Assembly: GCF_022539665.2 (NCBI RefSeq)
Contig: NC_081331.1
Span: 2,542,001 to 2,606,000, forward strand
DNA length: 64,000 nucleotides
DNA from: Daphnia carinata
Lineage: Eukaryota
Reading direction: 5' to 3'
Below, in pieces: positions 54,281 through 64,000 of this stretch. The translations under genes were made by a program, and so were the position numbers. The first letter of the stretch is position 1, and each line of letters begins with the position of its first letter. The notes under the pieces are model-generated. The model was given only the letters and a program-made list of their open reading frames with translations. It was not told the DNA's origin and ran no database searches.

Positions 54281-55607
54281 TTAGAAGGACAAAAAACTAA
54301 ATTTGGCTTCTGATTTGGTGGGGGGGTGACGTTTCTTGAGAGTCAATCTGTTACCTGCAGTCCTTGCTTCCTTCTTGGCTAAAATAGCTGCATTTATTTT
54401 TTCTAATCTGAGATAGAATGGAACAGAAATCAAAACACCAGAAGCGCGAAAGGAATATTATCGACACTGTGCTACTCACTTCAAACATGGTTCACACTGT
54501 CCATAAAACGGATTGGGACCCGATACCAATTGGATAAGACTGCGACTGTTGTGATCCTGAGCGGGATCTAAAATTTAAACCTGTTTAAAGTGTGCACCAT
54601 CGTTAAAGTTAGGCATACATACAGCGTCTGCTCTGATATACTCCTGAATGATGTTCGTGTCGCTTGCGTTTCCAAGCCCAATGCTCTGGACACAAGGCTA
54701 TTATCTAGAGAAATAAGGCAAAAAATTAGTGAGCTTGTCATCAAAAATTGAATGTAAGATAGAAATACATCTTCGCAAACTTTGCGCGAGACTAAGGCTC
54801 GGTAATCCATACGGACAAATAGCTCGTAACGTAAACGATGCATGGGTACAAAATCTTCGTTGCCGTTCTGAATCGTTGCTGTTTCCCATTCGACAACCAC
54901 TTCTTCGATTAAAAAGTTTTCTTCTTCTATTTCGTGTGCAAGCAGCCTAGGTTTGTCATAATTATTTAAAGTTAGCGAACAACAAAATGTAAGTTAAATA
55001 ATTAATAATTCGTGGCCAATTACAAGGCGGTACAGAAATTGTCGTAGTTATATTCTTCATGTCGAAAGCCAGCTCGAAGGAAATATGTGAACACCATAGC
55101 CAGCAAGTACGAATCTGCAAATATCTTGCATTTATCGTATTCCACAAATCTCTTTATGCGATCGTCTTCTGTAATTTCAAAGTCAGTAAAAATACATCGT
55201 TTCAAATCAATCTTTTTGTGTTAAACAGGAATATTCCTACCCAACAACATGAAGAAATCTTTCATACGTGATGGGGTAAGTGAGACAGCCATCGTCTTTT
55301 TTTTCCATGTTCCTGTTGCCCAGTTATGATGAAAGCAATTCCTCACATTGCCAAGCCATCGACCAAAATCACATATTGCGTCAAAGTATCCGTTAGAGCA
55401 AGCATTTTCATTATCTTCACGGTATTCGACAGTTTTCTTCCTCTTGAAAAGCTTGGGAGGTCCAAGTAATCGTGGAAGGACTGTTTCAACAGCGAGTCGC
55501 CACTCCTCCTGTCCGACCTTCCTCTCAACTGCATAACATGGTTTGCTAATATTTGGAGGTAGGGAAGTCGAAATTTCCTCGTGCTTAACGGTATTTCCAA
55601 TAACCAT
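54281..55607 (-). CDS. SPDYA: Speedy/RINGO family CDK activator
   Basis: Exons 55241-55607, 55024-55168, 54769-54946, 54623-54704, 54480-54567 and ~54281-54407 join in frame. Speedy box: FVEYDKCKIFADSYLLAMVFTYFLRAG...FCTALLLAHEIEEE...RMDYRALVSRKVCEDIIALCPEHWAWKRKRHEHHSG. The start codon and last exon are less certain, and orthology is to the family rather than to SPDYA specifically. Confidence 0.88.
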
Positions 55608-56071
55608 GATGAACGTAGATCACGTTGTTATGTAAAATCACGAATGATATGCTCGAATACCAATCTAACGAAAAAGGGTTGCTTCGAGAAGGTTGGAACG
55701 AGTAACCTATTAACTTCACCATGTGCTTCCCTTTACTCTTCCTATGCCGTTGGTGTTCGAAATTCGTAGAACACCGCGCGATCTGCTATCCAATCAGAAA
55801 ACGCCAAATCTTTTCTAGCTTTTCGCCAATATTTTTCCCAAAAATATTTTTGTCGAATTCTTTGTTTTAATTCACATTTATTGTAAGAAAACACGCGCTG
55901 GGATTTTAAACAAGTTGTAATATTGTTTGCGGCGTACAATTGATGTCAATCATGCGTTACTGCTTTTGCCTTGGGGGATGTTGTTCACTCGATCCTTATT
56001 CAACGTCAGCACTGAGCAACGACACTAGTGATGTAAAAGTTGTCAAAAACAGTTAATGAAAGCAAACGAAA

Positions 56072-58389
56072 ATGCGTATCGAATTAGTTATTCTAGGCAG
56101 TCTTGTTTTGTCTACATCAGTAGTTGGGAATGCATATTACCAAAAAAAGCAATTTTATCCCTCTGTGGTTCACATAACAAAATCCAATCCTAGCATGATG
56201 GTAACCATTGACCACTTGGAATACTTCAGGCTAACAAAATACTAATTATTTCAATTTTAACATATAGGTGATGTATATTCAAGCCCTAGTCATTGTAGTT
56301 TTACTGGGCAAGTTGATGAAGCGAGTGTTTTTTGGACAGCTGAGAGCTGCCGAAGTTGAGGTATATTTGTCAATCAATGTTGTAATCCATTTTGAATTCA
56401 ACATCAAACAATCGTATTTAAATTTTAGCACCTTATTGACCGGTCATGGTATGCCATAACGGAAACATGTTTGGCTTTCACTGTGTTTCGAGAGGATTTT
56501 TCTACCAAATTCGTCGCCCTGTTCACCGTTCTTCTGTTCCTCAAAGCATTTCATTGGCTGGTTGAGGACAGAGTTGATTATGTATACACTACTCCATTAA
56601 AGAGTATACCTGTTAGCCTTATTTACAATCACTTTTCTTTTAAATTCTAGATGGAAAGAAGCCCCATAATATCTTGGTTATTTCATTTTAGAGTAACATG
56701 TAAGTCTTAAAAGAATATGTGTTTACATTTTAAATCAGGTACTGATTCTAAATCTCTTGGGGACTTATTTTAGCACTACTGTTTGTCTTGGGGGCCCTGG
56801 ACTGGCATTTCATTCAAGTAGCATACCAGGCAACCCTAACTCAAGGAGCATCAGTACAACTTGTGTTTGGCTTTGAGTATGCCATTCTACTGACTATGGT
56901 TGCAATGGTGACAGTAAAGTATGCTCTCCACACTTATGATATCAACCGAGAAAATCCATGGGAAGACAAAGCCGTTTTCTTGCTCTACGCTGAACTTGCC
57001 ATTGGTATCAAACTCATACTTCTCTTTTTGTTCCTTAAAGCTGAACGGGAAAAATTAAACTAATTGCGTGCACAAATTTAGGTTTCATTAAAGTCATTCT
57101 ATACATGATGTTCATGTTAATCATGATACGAGTGTATACTCTACCGCTGTTTGCAGTGCGACCAATGTACCTAGCTATGAGGTAATTCTTTTGATAAGTG
57201 CTAATAAGTTTAATCGTGACGTTTTCTGATTGTATCTCGTGGCGCAGATCGTTTAAAAAGGCATTAAGTGATGTAATCCTTTCACGGCGAGCAATTCGCA
57301 ATCTAAACACACTTTATCCGGACGCCACAACAGAAGATTTAGCTAACACAGACAACGTCTGCATTATTTGCAGAGAAGAAATGGTTACGGGTAATTTACT
57401 AATATAGAATTCTTCATTGTAGACTTATTGATGTAACTTCTTTTTATTAGGAGCTAAAAAGTTGCCTTGCAATCACATCTTCCACGCCACTTGTCTGCGA
57501 TCCTGGTTCCAGAGACAACAAACTTGCCCAACTTGCCGACTCGAAGTTTTGCGCGCACCAGGCAACCCTATTGGAAACCCAGTTCCCCCAGCTGCGGCTA
57601 ACATGAGACAACCTCAACAGCAAGCCGCGCCATCTCCTCCTCCTCCCCAGGTATTGGCATTTCATACATCAATGTTGTAGGTCGAGGTACAAACTGTCGT
57701 TCATTACAGGCAGCCGCAAATGCACCACAAGCAGCTCCCGTTCAACCACCGCTACCGCCTTTCATTCCTCATCATCCTCCATTCAACTTCCCTTTTCCAA
57801 TGCCGAATATACCCCAACAAGCTGGTGCAAACGATGCTCGCTACGTTCCAGACACAAATGGACAACGTCCTGTAATGCCTCCACCGTTCTCCCTTCCTCC
57901 ATTCATGCCATTCGGTATGTATTTTTGTCTCGAAGTTGGATCACGCATGTTCACCACCTATTTATTTATTTTGTATGGTTAGTTGTCCCACCTCCGAGAC
58001 CGCCTGCAAACCTAGGCGCACTCAGTGATGCTGAGCTACGCGCAATGGAAGGACAAGAAAGGCGACACCTGGAAGCAAGGATCCGTGTACTCAGGGACAT
58101 CCAAACCTTGCTTGACGCAGCCGTGCTTCAGATGAATCAGTATGGAATTCTAGTGGCACGCCTAGAACACGAATCCAATAATAACACTGAAACTGTAAGA
58201 AGCCCCGGAGAAGAAGCTCCAGCGTCATCTGGGCAGCAGGCGGAGGAACAGCAACCAGGTGTCAATGCAACTTCTTCACCAGTGGAAAATGAAGTTTTGA
58301 CCCCAGAAGAAGAAACAAACTTGAGTGATCAGGAAAGATTGAGACGTCGACGTGTACAGAGATTTATGAATGGCGGAGAGCAAAACTAG
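56072..58389 (+). CDS. SYVN1: E3 ubiquitin ligase HRD1/synoviolin (ERAD; transmembrane region plus RING-H2)
   Basis: About 10 exons. Contains NAYYQKKQFYPSVVHITKSNPSM, FFGQLRAAEVE, WYAITETCLAFTVFREDF, GASVQLVFGFEYAILLT, RING CIICREEM...KKLPCNHIFHATCLRSWFQRQQTCPTCR and LSDAELRAMEGQERRHLEARIRVLRDIQTLLDAAVLQMNQY. Confidence 0.97.
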
Positions 58390-58613
58390 ATGTTTACTCG
58401 TTTTCAAGGAATTATATTTATAAAGGGTGTTCACGTAAAGAAGATTTATTTGGTTGTATTCCTTCGTGTGTTCTTTTGCCTCATAAATAGGATACCCATT
58501 CAAATGTATCCTTGTAAATAATTCCTCCATTGCTTGGTTTTGGGTGAGACATGGACTGTCAAATGAGATGACGTTTGTAACTAATACATGTATTTTACCT
58601 TTTCAGTTGCTAT

Positions 58614-59466
58614 TCAAAAACCAGCATTTATCAACCATTTTTTGACATGAAGAGCATAATCTCCTCTAAACTTGATGTACATGGCAACCTCATGCACTTG
58701 AGAAACCACTGGTCTTTTTGTTACTTCTTCCAGGTAGGACTTGATGGCTTTTTCCATAGCCTATAACATAAAAATATAACATTTATGCTCATAAAGTGAG
58801 CAAACTAGACTGGTAGGTAGAGGGAAGCAAACTTACCCAAATGTCTCCTTCTATATGTTTAACCATAGTGATTTTTCTTTGGTTTCTCACTGCTTCAAAG
58901 TTCAGGTAGACAGGAACCATAAAATTCTTTGTTCTTTTAACAAAATATGGTAAATTAGGTGGTGTATCTAAAGAGTCAGACAAGAAATGTTATGTAAATG
59001 AAAACATTGCAGAAACATGTTGAAATATGACCACTTCTTTCTGCATCATATTTTTAACTGAGATCATTTCTGTCTGCATGACTAAATATGACAAGATTAA
59101 CCTGGTGGTGGAGTCCAATCAGAAAAATAACTTCCATTTGTAGGAAAAGATGGGACAACGGTGGGAGGCTTCAATCGTTCCACAAATTTCCAGTTATCAG
59201 ATGAAACTTCGTGGTACTGTGTGTAATTTTCTGGAGCTTTTTCTTTTGGATTTGCTGCGTAGGAACTGTAAAATGATTTCATCTGAAGGGGAAAAAAATG
59301 AGGTTCTTACAGCATTGCAGATCGAAGATCTGTAATCTTTTTTCAAAACTGAGGTATTTTTGTTTTTTATTAGAAAAGTTCTTACATTTAAGCAGGATGC
59401 AAATTCAAACCGACGAGTATTCATTTGCTGTCGGAAAGCAAACGAACGTGCCGCAGCCGAAGCCAT
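58614..59466 (-). CDS. MRPL49: Mitochondrial ribosomal protein L49 (mL49/Img2)
   Basis: Four exons: basic targeting peptide [24 protein letters not shown]...[23 protein letters not shown]...[12 protein letters not shown], and [29 protein letters not shown] (stop 58614-58616). Confidence 0.92.
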
Positions 59467-60534
59467 GTTAATCGTGGATTTCAGTAAAACAAGCTTTGAG
59501 AAATTAGTTTTTTAGAATCGCAACTGTAGAGTCGTTTGCAGCTGGATACAAGATGTGCACGAAGGCGATGCCGACAAATGTGCATCCTCGTAGACAGGTA
59601 AAAGAACAAAACGTAAAAAAAAAAAAAAACGTTTAAAAAAATGCACCACTAATTTATTAAAAGAGCTACGAATTAACAAGATTATAGAAAACAATAAGAA
59701 ACGAGATAACATGTTAATAATGGTGGTAAAACTAACTGGCAAGCCTGGAACAGTCTCTAGGCAAAAAATGGCTAAGGTGATTTTTGCATTTGATAGGTGC
59801 AAAGTGAAAGCAAAGGAGGACAAATGGCACGATACTGCTACACGTACACGTTGATAAAAAACATAATAAATCTATTAAAGTATGTTCTTGTTGTATGTGC
59901 CACTTTTAAAAATTTGAAGTTGGCATAAAAGAACTTATTTGTCTGCTTGACAGTTGTTTATCAAACAATAGCAAGTCTTGCCATCTCTCTGTTCGAGGAA
60001 AATTGTCATTTCTTCATTTATCACGTTAAAAATATAATTAAAAGAAAAATTACTCTGCATTTGTAAACGATTTATTATCTACCTATTCAAAAATATCTTG
60101 CGCTTTTCTTTTCGTTAAAGTAAGACAGCACGCCCTCTTTGTATTTGATCAATATTACTGCAGGATAAAAGAAAACAGCAGTTGAATATATCTTTATGGG
60201 ACTATTGTATCTTAAATTGATTAGAAAAGTGTAACAAGGCTGCTTTTTTAGCTTGCCACATAAAATTTTAAAAATAAAAGTACAGGTTTTATAGGTTTTG
60301 TGTGCTACTAAACATCGTAGTCTCGTAGCACACTTATCATAATTGAAAACTTGGAGACTGCAACACTCGCACGATATCGTAAGTGAGTGTTCGCTTCCCT
60401 CCCGAGACTATCTTTTTTTCTTCGAAAACTCGTTTTACGTAATTGTACTATATATGGTCAATATTAATTTTTCGCGTTTGCAAAGTTTTTTTTTTTTCAT
60501 GTGAGTCGTATTCCATACCTGGATTTTCAACAAA

Positions 60535-61190
60535 ACAGAATCTAAGTTGTTATAGCGCAACATTTTAAAATTCAAATAACTAAAAAACAATAAGCTCTTC
60601 ATAAAAAAGGAATTGATTTTCGTGATTCTCGTTTAGTTTAAATCGAAATCATGCATAATTTGGTATATCTAAATTTTAGCAAAAAAAAAAAACAAATAAG
60701 CCTGAATTCAAGCCCGACTTTTTAAGCCCGACATAAATATTTAATTTCGAATTCGATGAAAGCTAAACTTCTATAACTAAAATCAAACGCTGATTCAGCA
60801 TAAAGTAGTTAGTTAATTAGTTTCCCCGCCAATTAACCGGCTTTTGGAATAAAACGAAATGAAAAGGGTTTTTATCGCATTCACCATTATTAGTAAAATT
60901 TTCCAACCAAAACGAACTTGATTTTCAACATCCTCGTAAAATTTGGCACCTAAATCATAATTTTGTATAGCCATTGTGAGGTTTAAAAAAAAAATAAATA
61001 AATAAATAAAGACGGGCTTATTATTTTTGTCGGGCTTATTTTGAAGCCGAACAGTTCTGTGAAAAAAAAACTCGGCCCTGAAATTTCGATTTGGAATTCG
61101 ATGAAACCTATCCTGTTATAACCAAATTTAAAGCCAATTCCGCATAAAATATTAGTTATCTCTTAAATTACGTAGATTTAAACATAAAAC
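60535..61190. repeat. Diverged copy of the repeat family found at 44.7-46.8 kb
   Basis: 60539-60561 aatctaagttgttatagcgcaac resembles the reverse complement of 45561-45583. The gtcgggcttatttt / aagcccgac motifs (~60710-60731, ~61029-61042) match ~45877-45890 and ~46249-46268. ~60930-60975 resembles the reverse complement of ~45450-45492. Internal direct repeat at ~60749-60815 vs ~61094-61158. Confidence 0.75.
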
Positions 61191-62190
61191 AAAAACTGCT
61201 CAAGTGCTTTTAGCACAATCACGTTGAATTCGAATTAACTCGTAAACTCGTAAATCCCAATTGGAAGTGGATTGTATCTAGATGTCGTTACAGGAACTCA
61301 AAAAATTAATGAAATGAATGGTTAACTAGAAGAGAATGGTAACCAGTAAAAATCTATATCAAGTAGCATTCCATATTTGAACCAGATATGACAAGATGTT
61401 GGCTGTTTGGATGTTTTACTGTATTCGCCATTACAAGAAAGAGAGTACAAACACTTGTGGTTTTTTTGGTATTCACGGAACAAATCCTTGGGTGTAACTA
61501 TATTTATTCAAATTGGTAGGACAATGAACGTTGCGTCGAAAAATGAAATGTGTCACAAAGAAAAAAAATACGTACTAGGGGTAATGTTCAGTAAAAACGC
61601 TGTCATTGGAAATTACATATAAGAAAATTGCAGTAGATATAGTTCAAGATGTAACGTGTAAAACTCAAATAATATCTTCCTTCAAATGACAGGGACAAGA
61701 AAAAGAGCTTCTATTGAGTATTTTTTTTTACACCATCAATGCACAGAAGGATTGAGAATGAAAAGAGTCATTCATGACTGTAGGGTTATTGCACAATAAA
61801 AACAATAAAGAGAAAACAAAATGAAATCGGCAAAAAAACAAATTGGCAGCTACATCGGGCATTTATGATACAGAGACTTTCGCGCTTGATGATTACATTA
61901 TGAGCACGATATAAATATGATAGAGACTGGAGCCCTTCACCAACGAAGGGGCAATGAAATTCCACGTTGGAAATATTTGGATCCCACGACTTGCGAGAGA
62001 GTTTGGGTCTGATGAATGTTGTTTGCAAACATGTTTTGCTGGAATTTCTTTTTAACTGATCCGCAATTCAAATGGCCATATAATAAATAGGTCATATAAA
62101 CAGGGATTAAACATACGTCAATAAAACTGGAATGATTTCTTTCATTCACTGGGAATCTCGGTTCAATTTCAAGCAATCGAATGAGGCGAC

Positions 62191-63653
62191 TTAAGATTGG
62201 TACTGAAGAACGGGCGTGGTCAGGTTTGCCGAGTGGGCGGAGTTCATGCGCAGCGCAGTCAAGCTTTTGTTGTACCATTCGTCCTCGGATGTCATGCCTG
62301 CTGTGGAAAAATATGAATACATTTTCTTTTTTGTTTTAATTCATTTCATTTCGTAGAAGAAACCGCAAATATTATTAATCCATCATCGGCGTTCATCCTA
62401 TAGTTCTGTACCGTTTTTCTCGTTTTAAGTTAACGAATATTTCAAATAAAAAAAAGGAACTTACTCATGGAATCTTGGCGTACAGTTGGCATATGAGGCG
62501 GAGTATGAGCTGAAACTCCGAATGGTTGTGCCATCGACGTGTAAGCAGCCGCAGCGCTATGGTTCATCTGGGTCAAATCCGACAAGTACTGCGAGAATTC
62601 ATTCTATGAGTTCAAATTCTTGAATTTATATCGACTCGGATAGTCAGATAACTCGATCACACTATACATACTTGTGGATATCTGTTCATCTGGAAGGTAT
62701 TGGGATGAGGATAGGGTTGATATCCGCGACTAGCCGTCGGGTAAATGTTCCTCATCATGGCGGCTCCATTGCAGGCCGGCAGAACGGACGGAGCCAGAGC
62801 TTTTTGCAATTGTTTCTCCTGTTTGCGATACTTGGCGCGGCGATTCTGGAACCAAACCTAAGAGAAAAGAAACAATTTAGTGACAAGATTCCAGACAGCA
62901 ATAAAAAAACCTGAATTATTCATTCTTCTCAATTCACTAATGCATTCATAATATTCATGACATGTACTTCCCCTGTTCTTTTTTTCAAGTGGCTGTCCCT
63001 ACACACGACTGGAACACCCTCTCTAGGTAGGAGATCCCCCTCTCTTGCGCAGCACTTTGCCAGTAGAAGCGGAAGAGACCCTCGTCCACAGCTCGCCGAG
63101 CTCGAATTGCTTAATAAAGTGAAAAAGCCCTCCCGCAGAGCACACATGACTGTATTTCAAGCCGGCGACACCCTAATCAAGCCATATATGGCGTGTACCA
63201 CAGATCGCGGCGGCGGTCATCTGACTGTCAACCAGTCGCCTAATCCGCCTGCTGTTGTACGAAACCGCGGTATATACTCGAAGCACGGTGAATTTGAGCA
63301 GTCTCGAGACACTGATTCAGTGCACGTGCATTTTTTGGTTGTACTCCACCTTCTGGCGTTATTTCGGGACTTCTGAGAGCCCTCCTTGAATTTCAGACGT
63401 AAACCCATTTTCTTTCTATGGCAAATTCAATGCATTTGAGCAGCTCAGTAAAATGACATTTGATGGCCTGACAATGTCTATCAATACCCGGCGATTGGAT
63501 CAGTTTAGCATGCTACAGAATTGAGATACATGTGCGTTTATTTACCTGAATGCGAGCTTCATTGAGTTTGGTGACGCGAGCCAGTTCTTCGCGGCAATAA
63601 ATGTCCGGATAGTGACTCTTGGCAAACGCTGCCTCCAGCTCTTGTAACTGCTC
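62191..63653 (-). CDS. Prop: Prop-family paired-like (Q50) homeobox gene, Drosophila CG32532-type; last four coding exons, 5' part right of the window
   Basis: Exons 63546-63653 ([36 protein letters not shown]), 62672-62857 ([61 protein letters not shown]), 62465-62567 and 62191-62300 ([31 protein letters not shown]) join in frame. The family call is from recalled similarity to CG32532/Prop1. Confidence 0.88.
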
Positions 63654-64000
63654 CTATTCGTTTACAAATGAAGACATAAGTCTATGATTTTAAGGTTATT
63701 GCACTGTAATATCAGATTAGAGTTCGTTATTTTTCTAAAGTTATATTAAGCAACTCGATGCAATGAAACCGTAACATTCGGAAGAATTCAATGTTTCTTA
63801 TTACATCATATTAACTCTATTTCAAGTCAAGTACGGCCATTCTTCGAATCTGAAACTAACTGTAGCAAAAGCATTTTTGACAATTAAAAGATTTTGTATA
63901 ACCAAAATTCAATAGAGCTTAGGCCTCTCGTCATTAACGCTAACCATTAAACGGCATTTCATTGAATTGCCTAGATTTATAATTAGTCTAACGAATAAAT

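Noticed and set aside
60302..60390. Small imperfect palindromes (gtgctac...gtagcac; aacactcgcacgatatcgtaagtgagtgtt)
   Set aside because: Short, no recognisable RNA family, and possibly just the edge of the neighbouring repeat.
1..64000. tRNA, rRNA, conserved miRNA, transposase/RT ORFs, U12-type introns
   Set aside because: None recognised by eye, and all introns I resolved are ordinary GT-AG. tRNAscan-SE, Infernal and RepeatMasker would be needed to exclude them.

Overview
AT-rich eukaryotic genomic DNA with many ~55-75 nt GT-AG introns. The gene content and intron sizes suggest an arthropod, most likely a water flea (Daphnia-like); this is an inference. Left to right: (1) 5' three exons of a Vsx homeobox gene on the - strand, continuing off the left edge, followed by ~16 kb of gene-poor upstream DNA. 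(2) Three tandem + strand genes for secreted proteins of very different size (~721, ~1569 and ~203 aa after splicing). All three share a hydrophobic segment, a basic cleavage-like site and a C-terminal four-Cys module split by a phase-2 intron (DM4/DM12-like, probably cuticle-related). (3) A ~2 kb palindromic/foldback repeat array at 44.7-46.8 kb. (4) A compact block of six conserved genes: calcineurin B, BTBD9, C9orf85-like, Speedy/RINGO, HRD1/SYVN1 and MRPL49. (5) A second patch of the same repeat family at ~60.5-61.2 kb. (6) The 3' four exons of a Prop/CG32532-type homeobox gene on the - strand, continuing off the right edge. Exons were assembled by hand from splice signals and reading-frame continuity; family assignments rest on recalled motifs, and no database searches were run.
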